Shown in pieces: positions 51,261-64,000 of a stretch of DNA of 64,000 nucleotides. A program made the translations under genes and the position numbers. The notes beneath the pieces were generated by a model. It was not told the DNA's origin. It was given only the letters and a program-made list of their open reading frames with translations, and did not search any database. Position 1 is the first letter of the stretch; each line of letters begins with the position of its first letter. Source of the stretch: Lytechinus pictus (taxonomy: Eukaryota); NCBI RefSeq assembly GCF_037042905.1, contig NC_087252.1:13518001-13582000 (forward strand). The letters are read 5' to 3'.

Positions 51261-54204
51261 ATTGGATTTGATTGCAATAAAACTATTAGGATATACAATC
51301 GCAAGCAGTCCAAAGACTGAAAAATATGAGGAAAACACTATAAGTAAATATTCAAATACAATAATGAAGGAAGGGGAAATAAAAAATTCAATTCAAATTC
51401 AAATTCAAAAGTTTATTGATATAAAATTCGACAATGAAGAATCATCATCAAAATTAAAAGAAAACACAAGAAAGAAAACTTAACCAAAGAGAAAAAGAAA
51501 AGAGGGGGTTGGGTGGGGGCAACCAGGACTCAAAAACTGACCATTAACAAGAGCCCCAATCAATCTAAACAACTTTTCATATGTCGACCTGGCGAGATGA
51601 CGTATGTTTTCATTTTGACCAGTCGATGGCACTTTATATTAATACCCTCCCCATTATGCATTCTTGGTATGCATCATAGGCACTCGCAAAAATCAACGAC
51701 AGTCGAAATTTCCTTTGATATGCCTATTTTTTCTCGACACCTCTCACGGGTTTCAAAGCGCCCTTCTTTTATCTTTTTCCCTTTCTCTTCTCGACTCTTT
51801 TTGTCTCTTCTCTTCTTTTCTTTTCTCTTTTCTCTTTACTCCTCTCTGTTCCTTTTCCTCCCGTATTTTGCCCTTGGTTTGGAAAATGTTGGCTCCTGGC
51901 TTGTCTGAACCATTCATAACTGCCTTTTATTGTTATACTAGGTGTTCATTTATAAATATATCGATACATTGGTTAAAACAAAACTGTGAAAATATGAATA
52001 AAATACAAAACTTGCCATTTCGATCAATGGAAAATAACTCAGTGTTGAGCAAGACGAGTAATTTATTCAGCTCCCTGTTTCCCGAAAACAATGCTATGTC
52101 AGGTAACACACTTTTATTCAGGAATCACAGAAAATCGTTAGGCCAAGAATACCAGCTGCTTTGAGTGTTGTCGAAAAAAATAAATGCAACAGATATTCAT
52201 CCACAAGGTCAAGGTAGCAACAGTTGCTGGAAAGTTAATCTCCTGGTTTCTATGCTTATTAGTCCAGTAGAACTCATCGCATATCGGCATAAGCATAAAG
52301 TAAAGTAATAATGCAATTGTTTTGCTGGAAATGATAGTTGAACTTGAGGGCATACTGATTCGAAATCAGATTGATGACACTTTGGTACCCTTGAATATTT
52401 TTCCTTTAATTAACCACGCCCACTCTTCCTGATGATAATCACATAGCAAAATGCAATTCATGTTTGTACATTCCATACGTTTAGCATCAAACCGAAGCTA
52501 ATTTAATGTAAAGAGAAATATGAACAATATGAAAACAATAAGATCTTGTGGTCATACACGGTCACATTCGAGGCCATTTAAGGTCATTTTACGATAATAT
52601 TTATCACGGCAACTGACTGAAAAATGATAAAAAAAAAAAAACATGTCGTGATATCAAACAAAAGCATACATGGTGACGAAATCAGAAATGAATATTCAAA
52701 AGAAATATATATTTCCTGAAATTCATGCTCATGGTTTTGTTTAAAAAAAAGGTCAAAAGCTTAGATCAAAGCAAAACAAATTAAAAACACTGAAGTAATA
52801 GATGAATTGTAGATTTTTAGAATAAGGGTAGCCATCTTGGACGCCATCTTGGATTTCCAGGTACCCTGGAAGCTATATTCACTGTAACCTGTATTAATAG
52901 ATCATTTTTACCCCCTAACCCATGGAACATATACCAAAATAGGATGTGTAGAGTGGATAATGAGTGACTTGTGTCCATTTTCAGTGAATGGCGGTCATCT
53001 TGGACGTCATCTTGAAAATAGCCACTTTCCTGGATGTGGATGTGCAGAGGGGGGGGGGGGGCAAAAATATCCCCTTCACCCTCCTCTATTCCTGTATTCA
53101 TAACAAGTATTTTTAATTATGTAGACCTCTAAATATTTTAAGGTCAGTGTATAGCAAATCTGTACCGACACCTTTGTTTGTATACACTGTGTCCCACAAA
53201 AAATGTTAATGGCACTCTAGATGGGCAAAAAATTAAGATTACATTGAAAGAAATATATCTTTACATTCGTAAACTTTCTTTAATTTCCTACCAATGGACC
53301 ATTATGTGATATGGTCCAATAATCACAAAGATAATATTATTATTATTATTTATTCGGCATTTCAAAATACATAAATTATAGTACAATACAAATTACATAA
53401 ACAATAGGACATGCATGACATAGTACAAAGGACCTGGAACAGAGATGAAGGGGCTGCCTGGGCTTGGAAAAGGTTATCTAAATTACCATGATCCACAGGT
53501 CTTCCTTCCCGCACCCCTTTACCTCCATCCAGGTCAGTATAAGAATATAAAAATAAACATATGAATTAAAAGTATACAACTGAAACTGGCAACAGTTAAT
53601 TTGGCGAAACAATTGTACCATGGATCCATCAGCAATCACAATTTCAATTGATTAATTGGAGCATTGTACATTAGGAATCTTTGTATTAAATAGTAGGCCT
53701 AAGTGTAGTCAGGTTCAGCTAAGGAGATTTGTTTTCTACTCAAGTGGTGCAAATTATATCTATTCACGTTCATAAATGGGAGTAAATCTGCAATTTTCTT
53801 TTGTTCATGACTTGGAGATTACCTATGCATTCATCCCCTTGTGATGAAGAGAAAATCTTGCATAGTCCCGTGCGTTCAATGAAACATAATACAACAAAAT
53901 ACGGAACTTTCCAATATGAGATTATGGATTAAAGAATGTAATTTTCTTGTAGCTATTGTTTAGTGTAATATATTCCCTTAAACAGATCATGTTTTAGAGA
54001 AGACGTCATGCTAATCTTCCTAAACCTTCTTTTTTCTAATCTAAGTATGGGCCTGCATGTCGTGGGCTGAAAAAATATATATACTAAGATTGAATGAAGA
54101 CGTAATTGGCCAACGTTATTTATCCAACGTAATAAAAAAAAAAACTTAGATTGAGAGGTTTTTTGATGAGTGCTGAAAGAAGGCTCATAAATCTTTGTGT
54201 TCAT

Positions 54205-54777
54205 TATACCAAATCGCATAAAACTTAAGCCCAGTGTATCCAATGAATGCCTATTTACTTTCATAAAATGATAATGATATGGTAATTTTCACGCTATAAT
54301 CATTTAGAGTGACACTAGCATTTTTATGGGGCACGCTACTAACACTCATCATTAACTGGCAAGAAAGAACTTTGTACATATCATTCACTTATTAATTGAC
54401 ACACCTACAACGTGTAGGCATGACATAATCATCATACGTATCATATACTGCATCAATATTTTATTTGCAAATACGAGGGAATATCAATATACCAAATCGC
54501 ATAAAACTTAAGCCGAGTGTATACATGTACAATGAATGCTAGTTTACTATCATAAAATGATAATGATTTGGTAAAATTCACACTAATCTCATTTGAAGTG
54601 CCACTAGCATTTTTATGGGAGGGATACGTTACTATCACTCATCATTAACTGGCAAGAAAGAACTTTGTACATTATTCAGTCATATAATTGAAACACCTAC
54701 AACGTGTAGGCATGACATAATGATCATAGGTATCATTTGCTGCATCAATATTGTATGTGCAAATACGAGGGAATATC
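54205..54777. repeat. ~283 bp tandem duplication
   Basis: tataccaaatcgcataaaacttaagcc...tgcaaatacgagggaatatc occurs twice back to back. Confidence 0.85.
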
Positions 54778-56467
54778 GTGCATGGCTGTTTGGCACTGAT
54801 ATAAAAAAGGCAGTAGCATGCACAACGCATCTTGATCAGGACATTAATACACTCTTAGATGTCAGAGTATACCACTAACATGGCGGCTTCATATTCAGGC
54901 ATGGCAGGTATGTAAAGTCTGTTATGATATAATATCCACGCAAAAAATATCTCTCTTTTTGCGATTTCAGCTGTAAATGTGAAATTGAATGTCACTATAT
55001 ACCCGCCAATGCTTTTAGTCATGGTATCATCGTTTAGTTACTTGCTTGGTATATTTTGACAGTCATCGTTTAATTAGTCCTAGGTTCATTAATATTGCTT
55101 TCAGTAACTTGCTGGTCCAGACCAGGCCTGGGCTAAGTCTTAAATTTTGAGTTTATGAATGGCGCCGGCTAAAACACCCAGCGCCATTCCCGAGGCTATT
55201 TTGATGCTGCTTTTTTCAGCAGCATTAGCGCCATTCCCGAGGCTATTGTGATGCTGCTTTTATCAGCACCAGTCCAACGCAAACGTAAAAGTAGCGTAAA
55301 AGGTAGCGCGGCACGCTAGTGGTGCGACTATTTTAGCCCGGACCTAAGTCACTGAAAATGATAAAAGACCACATCTTAAATAAGTGCCTGTTGTCAAACC
55401 ATATCGCCAATTAATAATCATTCTGATAAGGGTGCGAAAAGTTGTAAGAAAGAAATATGAGAAAAATAGGAAAAATGCAAAAAAATAAAATAAATAAAAT
55501 AAGATAAAAATAGAGTGGATTTTAATGATCTAGTTGCTACCTTTACACCCTTAAAATTATTGGCAACATACTGTCCAAACAACGATTGCTTGAAATTTTA
55601 TAAATTTCTGGGTAGTTTTAAGCCAATAATGTGTGCTTTCGGTGAAAACTACACAGTACTGGTTGAAAACTACCCAGAGTTGGAATATTTTTTTTAACCA
55701 ACTGTTGTTTGGACAGTGTGTTGCCCAACATTTTAAGAGTGTGTCTTTACCATAAAAACAGAAGAATTACACTGGCAGAAAATTTATATTTGAATTTAAA
55801 AATTCCTGCCTCAGAGTCTTGAGAACATCTGTAATCTTAATGCACTTACATGCATTTGTGTAAAATAACAGAAAATTGGTATTTGGTGTATGTAACTTAA
55901 AAAATATTGTAACAAGACTGTTTTCCCTTTTTTACAAACAGACCTGTTCTGTAAAATTGTAGAAAAAATTGTAAAGAAATCTTTCCCGGTATAACAAATT
56001 AAAGAATTATTTGATTAATTCTTTCCGAATTTTTCTTCTGTAAAAATCTTCTGTTTTTTTTTACATTGTAGATGAAGCCCAACATACCATACAAGTGTGG
56101 TCTAAAATTCTAGATTAGACTGGGGTTAAACTTTTTATTAATCATACCACCTCATGTGCCGCCCTTTTACCCTACATTCAAGTAAATTGAAATGCTATAA
56201 GCATTCTTGGATACAACGTGTGAGATTGTAAAAGAAACGTCAGGACTTTACGTTACAAGATGGAATCGTTCCCGACAACGTTGGATACTGCGAAAGGGTT
56301 ATTTTACAATGGCACAATACTGGTCATTCAAATCAATTGCCATGTTGCATCGGATGCTTCGTACGGTACTCCTCGTCGTCTTGTACATTTTGATGGTGTT
56401 ATTATGGGGCCTCTTTTCTCGGATATTCGGGTATACGCGATTGCCCGACCCGACGCGACAACCCGAT

Positions 56468-59400
56468 GTTTTTTTTGTTTTTTTTAAAGATTTTTTATTG
56501 TTTTTCTCTCAAATCAAATTTCATATACAATGCAGTTTACAAAGTAATAATTGTAAATAATAATTCGAACAAAATAATCTCTTAAACTCGTATACATTAT
56601 GCACATCATGAAATGATATTCTAAGACACTGCATCGTACCACTACCAGATGAGTTTAACAAACAAATATCAGAGAAAAAACTTTTAAAAGTATATGCGTT
56701 GTACCTGCCCCCTCCTTACCCGCCCCCCCTTCCCTCCGCAAACCCCCACACTTCACACCCTCAAATACTCACACACATCATACGCCCTTGCATACGGTGC
56801 CCGCGTCCCGTTTGAAACAAGAAAAACACCATAATGAACGAACATAATCTCGTGAGCTCTGTCGCCTCTATACTCTTGTACGTGTTGTAAGGAAATGTTC
56901 CCATTTCCTTATATGGGTTGATAATTTACCCCGCGTTACTGCTAAAATTTTCTCTTCACGTTCATTTTCTAATATCTTCTCTCTAATTTCGTTGGGACTT
57001 GGTGGTCTTTTTTAGTCCTGCTGTAAACAAAGATCATATATTTTATTAAAAGAATAATGTGATTAATTATCTGTTCCTTCCCTATATTAGCATGCTTAAC
57101 ACCAATGTGTATATCCACCCACCTGGCATTTTTTATTTCATACATATTGAATAAGTTACCACAATCTATCCATACGTCTCTCGTCTTTTCACATGAAAAA
57201 AACAGATGCTCGTAAGTTTCTTCAGTATTCCCACAAAATGAACATTCACTATCTGAGAAAATTTTGAATAAATGTAAATATTTCTTCGTGTATATTAATT
57301 CATAAAAAAATTTAAATTGAAACTCTCTAAGCCTACTGCTTAGAGTACATTTTCTGGGTCTTGAAAATATAGCACAGATATCTTTTTCGGAGAAATTATA
57401 TGTCTTCTCTATATTATTAAACGCATACGATTTTTCCAATTTAATACTTAAAAGTGCCTTGTATATTTTCTTGGATGTCACGTTTGGTAAACTGTTAATC
57501 TTACCATTAAATATAAACTCTAGATTTAGACCAGTGTCTTCACAGTTGTCTTCTTTCTTTAAAAGGTGTTTCCATGTTGCTGGAATATTTTCAAAAACTT
57601 TATAAACTTTATCTATTTCATTTCCATCTAAACCCATTCTCAGAAAGTCTCTAGGAGATTTGATGTTACCTTCCTTGTCAACAATATGATGCAATTTATA
57701 TATGTTTTTAAGAACTAAGTTTTCATCAAATAGCATTTGCCCGTTTAGTCGAATAGGTTTATTGTTAAAAAATATCTCATTTCTTTTAGATGTTTCTTTT
57801 TTAAGAAGTACTTCTTTGGTAGCGGCCCAAATTTGCAACATATCCATATAAAATTTTGGTAATGATATTTTACAAATATTCAGTGAAGTATTAGTGAATA
57901 ATAACAAAGGTCCTCCTACATCACGGGTTCCATATATAAAAAAACGTTTCCATCCTATTCTGAAATCTCCTGTCAAAAGCCTTTTCAGCCACATGACTCT
58001 TTGTGCATATACAAATAAATGAAAATCAATCATTTTAAGTCCTCCCCTTTCGTACTCCATAGACATCTAGTTTCTTTTGACCTTATCTTTACCATTCCAT
58101 AAGAAATCAAACATTAACTTTTCGATCTCCTCAAACACCCATATTGGTACTGGTAAAAGTGAAGACACATAATTTATTTTAGAAAGTGCAAATGTTTTCA
58201 AAAGTTGTATATTGCCCATCAGGGTGAGATCTCTTTGCTTCCACCATATCAATATTTTTTTTATTTTACTTAAAATCTCTTTGTAATTAACATTTTCCTG
58301 AATTTCTACATCTAATGAAAAAGTTATTCCCAATATTCTAATAGCTTCAACTAATTTACCAAATGGAACTTCAATATTTTTTTTAGAAAGAGGACCCAAC
58401 GCTAATATAAATGTTTTGTCTTTATCCATTTTTAAGCCTGAAATCTTAGCAAAATCTCCAAATATTTTTCCGATTCTATCAATAGATTGGGAGTCCCTCA
58501 CAAAAAGTGTGATATCATCCGCGTAGAGCGCTTGTTTGACTTCTACATTACCAAAGCTGATTCCGTGGATGGATTTATCTTTACGAATGGTATTAGCAAG
58601 GACCTCGATACAAAGTATAAATAAATAAGGAGAGAGGGGATCCCCCTGTCTCACACCTCTTTTAACACTAAAGTATCCTGTCGATATACCCCCATTAAAT
58701 ACGCAACTCAAGGCATTTTTGTATAATGTTTTGATCCAGCTGCAAAATGAGGACCCGAAGCCAAAATAACGTAAAACGTTTTGCAAAAAGATGTGCGAGA
58801 CCGAATCAAACGCTTTTTCAAAATCTATTGCCATTAAGAAACCAGGTGCATTATTTTGCCGTGTATAGTAAATCATATCGTCAATCAATCTAATTGCATC
58901 TCCTATGTTTCTATCCTTTATATAACCAACTTGGTCGATAAAAATTATTTCATGTAATACCTGTTTAATTCTATTTGATAATACTTTAGTTAAGATTTAG
59001 TAATCGACATTTAATAATGAAATTGGTCTATTTATTAACAGGGGATCTTTCCCTTCTTTGGCAAACATAATAATAACAGCTTGCTTCTGAGATGATGAAA
59101 GTTCTCCTTAAGACTTAGCCTCATTCAAAGCATCAGCCAAAACATCTCCAACTAATTGCCAAAATACTAAATAGAATTCAACATTGAGCCCATCATTTCC
59201 AGGTGTTTTATTGAGTTGCATTTGTTTCAATGCTTCTAGACATTCACGTTGAGTAATTGTCCCTTCACAAATTTCTTTTGAAGCTGACTCTAATTTGGGT
59301 AAATCTTTAAAAAAGTATCATCAAAGCCATCAGTAATAATTTCTACTGATTTAGAATATAATCCACTATAGAATCTATGTATCTCTTTAGTAATTTCTTT

Positions 59401-60645
59401 TTGATCAAAAGTGACTTTTCCTTCTATCTGTAATTTGCGTATTACTGTTTTCCGTTTATTAGATTGCATCAGCTGTGTGAAATATCTAGTATCCCTCTCC
59501 CCACATTCATAAAATGAAGCCCTGGATCTAATGTTAACACCCTCATTAACATAATCATAAATTGCTTTTAACTGGTTCCTTTTGCTCTCTAACAATTCTA
59601 ACTTACCCTCATCGACCTTTTCTAATAACTCCTTTTCCAAAGATAACATTTCTTTTTCCAAAATATCAATTTTTTGTGTCCGTAGCTTTGCCTTATCTCT
59701 AGAATACTTCCTAGTAAAGTTGCTGATTTTCATTTTCAAAAAATCCCATCGAACCCTTTTATCTTCAACTTCCCGCTCTAACTCTTCTTTTAATCTTAAA
59801 ATCTCTTCTGCCATTCTTTTTTTATATTCTTCATCATTGCAAAGGCTGCTATTAAATTTCCAGTAAGAACCTTTGAATTTTACATTTGATGGCATGTTAT
59901 AACAATGTATTTGGATTGCCGAATGGTCTGGTGCCACAGAAGGTATTATTTGACATTTACACACAACTTCGTCTATATTTTCAGACACAAACCAATAATC
60001 CAACCTGCTTTGCATGAATGGGCTATTTTGCCTGTAAGTAAATTGTTTTTCATTTGCATTCCTTTCCCTCCATATATCTATCAATTTATGTTGGTCTAAG
60101 AATTGATCAAATATTAGATTACAGCGGGTGTTTATATTTTGTTTACTACTTCCCATATAGTCCAAGTTTATATTCCTAATAATATTGAAATCACCTCCTA
60201 TTATAACTGGATTGTTGTTTGCGTTTATCTCATCCAACTTTTCGTTGAAGTGTTTCAAAAAATCTATTTGTTCCAATTCCTTTCCTCTAACCGGAAAATA
60301 CACATTCGCTATGATTAAATTAAACCCTTGCATAATGCAATTTAAAATAATAAATCTGCCACCTTCATCCTTAACTGTTTTTGTAACATTGACATCTAAT
60401 TTTGAATCTAATAATATCATAACCCCTTTACTATGACTTGTGCCGTGATTAGAAACTATGTTTTCATTCCAATATTGTTTCCATTTTTCCTCAATATCTC
60501 CTGTACTAAATGTCTCTTGTAAGAATATAATATCCGCATGTTTATCTTTACACCATTCAAAAATTCTCCACCTTTTTGCTTCTTCCCTTATTCCTTTTAC
60601 ATTTAATGAAATAAAATTGCAATCTATTGGTACGTCACTATTCAT
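56468..60645 (-). mobile_element. L1/Tx1-clade LINE, decayed ORF2 (APE endonuclease, RT, C-terminal CCHC) with 3' UTR and A-rich tail
   Basis: ISLNVKG, IIFLQET, GGDFN, SRLDYW, APDH; KTPGNDG, RPISLLNVDY, IDFEKAFDSV, QGDPLSPYLF, YADD; CSFC..EETYEHLFFSC; frameshifts near 59300 and 57010, stops near 59110, 59000 and 58067; reconstructed ORF2 ends at 56868; AATAAA and A-runs at ~56468-56505. Confidence 0.93.
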
Positions 60646-63600
60646 ACAGAATTATGAGGGAGTAGTAATAAGTCTCTTCTTTTTCGCCTTTTCCAATGAC
60701 ATATGAATGCTAACGACAGAGCTAACGAGAGCAATTCAGTTTTGTTGCTGATTTTTATCTCAAACGGGTCGCGGATACATCCACCCATACACACAGCCAC
60801 ACATCATGCACACTAACCCTAACCAAGCCCTCCCCCAAACCTTCCACCCCCAAACACCCCTACAGACATACATCCCGTGTTTGGCACGCTCTACTGCACA
60901 CATACACTTGGTAGTGCGAAAGCTTGAGCCCCTCCCCTTCTTCGTATATAACTTAACATTCAATCTATGTAATTTCAAAATGACCTCTGATAAAAAAAAT
61001 AACCTGTTCTAGTTGGATAATCCAGCACATGTAATTAAATCCAAAGCAAAATTATAAAAGTGGCTTTTGTAGCCTAAATTACTTTAATATTGGTTCTTTG
61101 GAGAAACAAAAAAGTTTTCAAATTGTATAAAGTAAAATCTACCATTCTCCTTTTTCCTTTTTCACCGCGAACGAGCACCACTCAATATCTTTCTAACCAA
61201 GCACACTAGTGACAATAGTTCTTATTATTAAAAATCACCTGTATCGTAAACGATTGTGCCGGAAAAAATAACAACCGTAATCATGACCCGAAAATAGCAT
61301 TGAAAAAGAATTTCCGTGCAAATGAGGTGATAAATAATGCAATGTACCAAACTAGCCTCGTCATTTATGGTATGATCTACTGTAAACTACCTTTCATGTG
61401 TTCTTCTCGACAATAATATCAGAATTAATATTATGGAGATATTCAGACTTCATGTATGATTTAACAATAAAAAATATCTTGACCATGTGGCCTGCATTAC
61501 ATCACCTTTTCAAATAAGCTTTTTCAGATTTTCTATTACAATGGATACATACACACCAGACCTTTTTTTAAAAAAAAAAGAAAAAAAAAAGAAAGACTTT
61601 TTAGATGATTGATTACAATGAATACATTCACATCAGACTTCTTGTTTCACATATCTCCAACATTTGTAAAAAAAAGCTTTTCAGTTCTATCAATTTAACA
61701 TACCTGATGAGTACACTAATCTCCTTATGTTTCTTTATAGAAAAGCTCAATAACGACCACTTGTCATCATGATTGTTATTTTAATTAATGAATGTACCAA
61801 AAGACTCATTCAGTGATAGTAGCTAATCATGACTGACTGAATTAGAATACAAATGCAAATAATGTAATGAAAAAAAAAGCAATGTGTTTAGTGGGTGTAT
61901 CAAGCAAGGTGTACATTTCATTCTTTTTGACAATGACCTCATTATACATGCAGATATTCAAGGTTCATCAATAAAATTGTTTTGATCGTTTTAAAATATG
62001 TGGCTTGTCTTTTAATTACCTTTTTAAAGAATGCATTTTAAATGACTTCATTTCAAAAAGATGGACTGAAGTAATGGATAAATATCCGATTTGCCTGACA
62101 CACCCACTAAGTTAATGCAGGCAATTTTTTTCAATTGTGCTCATGTCTTAATACACCCGATCGAGTACAAATATCTCCATTACATTTTTACAAAGCGCAC
62201 TTTAAAAGTGTACCATTAAAGAATGTGCCAAAGGACATGCATGGTTTTGTAGACTCCCATTCATTAGTGATAATTACAGCCATGATGGCGAACAAGGAAT
62301 GTAAATGCCATTGTGAGTCAATGCTCTATACATCAATTTCATGATTTTTTTTCTAACTATGAATACATAAGATAATGCATATGTCAGTTTAGCAATCGTT
62401 CATGGGGTGATCGTAAAACACTAAGTGGAAAAAAAAAACTAAATAAATCTGGCTCTACCCCCCCCCTCTGCCTTTCTCGTCTTTTTACATACACGTCTTG
62501 ATATTGGCAAAAGCGGAACATGGGGCACAATAATAAGGTATCGTGACTTTCTTGACAATTATGTAAACAGAATATTCAGTACCGCAGTATGAGATTTATC
62601 AATGTAATCGTTCAAAATGTTCCACATAAAATGTGGTCTGTTTTAAAACGCCTCTCCTCGTACTTTTTTTTTCTTCAGGCAAAGTAATGAATAAATACAA
62701 ACTTCTAGTGTCACGATATTCAATTCAAGCACCTTTCAGTTCCGCATATACACCAAACTCAGAGGTATACAATGAACATTTATGTCCAGTATTGTCAACT
62801 TATATATTCTCAGAAAATAATAACAGGCATTAGGCCCAAAATCGACCTGAATATGCAAATTATAATATTTGATCTCCTTTCTCTCCACCATCCTTACCCC
62901 CTCTCGTGCATTATAGTGCAAATTATATTTCCTTCAGACTATTTGTTTTCCTTTTTAAATTGTTATTAAAATGATCATGAGTTGCGACTTCAGAGATATT
63001 TAGTACCAAATCAGTATACCAATAATCGTTTAATATATTATGTGGATTTTTTTTTTTTAGATAGCTTCTGTCGCACAATAAAGTCTTCTTTAAAAAAAAA
63101 AAAAAAAAAAAAAACAAGGCGAAATTCTGATTAGGCGCTAACTTCCAATTTGAAGTTATTTCATAACTGTGATGTTATTATGCACCTCTCAAATTTGCAT
63201 TTACTGTCCAAACAGCGTTATAAATAAATATTACTGCATTCTGGTCACATTCAATTTTATATATATAAATGTATACCATGTAGTCACCTTTCTACAGAGA
63301 GAGAGAACACAATAATAATAACAACTAAATGACATGAAGTGATATAAACTACCGCTAAGAACATTATAAATATGCATTACCTCTTCATGTAAAATGATGG
63401 AAGAGCATATTGCGTTTAGAATATCATCCACTGAATTGATTGAAGGTTTGACAATCGAAAGAAAAGACAGGGGGAGGACTTTAACCTTACCAATGAGGTA
63501 TCAATATTCATGTCATGCAGTTAATGATAGTAAATTATTAAATTTTAATAAGACACAAAAAGTCAAACAAAATGGTCACTGTCTTTTTTTTCATCCCCCT

Positions 63601-64000
63601 CTGTCTTTCCCTCTCTTGAATAAAATAATTTAAAACATTATTACTAGATTTAATAGCCATAAAATAAATTCACACGCTGTTCTACATTCTATCTGTGGCT
63701 AGAATTTAATCTTGTAATAAATGCAGTTTCAACATGATCTACTTTTTTATGATGATAGTTTCGAAAGTAGAATGTGATCATAAAATGCTGTCATTATATA
63801 AGCACTTATCAGTCAAGTTATCAATGAACATTTTTCATCATCTCCGAAGAAAACATCATTTCAATTCAATCCTCTAGTACCTGTATATTGTTTCCAGTCT
63901 ATTCCATCTGTATCAAATCATAATTGTCGTCTCAAAACTCAGCAGATGTTCACAATTTCATATACAGCATGTATGTTTATCATTTCTCTTGTTTCCTTTC

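Noticed and set aside
52138..52353. ORF containing FYWTN, superficially YWTD-like
   Set aside because: No matching splice sites or surrounding propeller pattern
56207..56560. Plus-strand ORFs beside the LINE tail
   Set aside because: No recognisable domain or exon boundaries; they run into the T-rich tail
61703..61730. CTGATGAG as a hammerhead core
   Set aside because: No stem II followed by GAAA

Overview
AT-rich, intron- and repeat-rich animal genomic DNA; the repeat and SINE types suggest a marine invertebrate, probably a sea urchin (inference). Two spliced minus-strand genes can be rebuilt by hand with GT-AG sites and consistent intron phases. The first is the 5' part of an immunoglobulin-superfamily gene (signal peptide plus Ig domains, coding exons 12910 down to 1089), which runs off the left edge. 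The second is an apparently complete ~420-445 aa secreted protein (signal peptide, RPRR motif, EGF domain, YWTD/LDLR-B propeller; 49599 down to 37296), with a decayed copy of its last exon at ~34.7-34.9 kb. The rest is mostly mobile DNA: a head-to-head inverted pair of Penelope-like retroelements (RT + GIY-YIG, 25.5-29.5 kb), a decayed L1/Tx1 LINE (56.5-60.6 kb), a CR1/L2 fragment, tRNA-derived SINEs and many partly nested MITEs. The most interesting signal is four minimal hammerhead-ribozyme motifs. Two cap the outer ends of a non-coding ~1.5 kb foldback palindrome (9.8-11.3 kb) inside an Ig-gene intron, mirroring the layout of the coding Penelope pair. An Academ-like element upstream of the Ig start codon carries five RFX X-box palindromes. 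All calls are by eye; no database searches were run.
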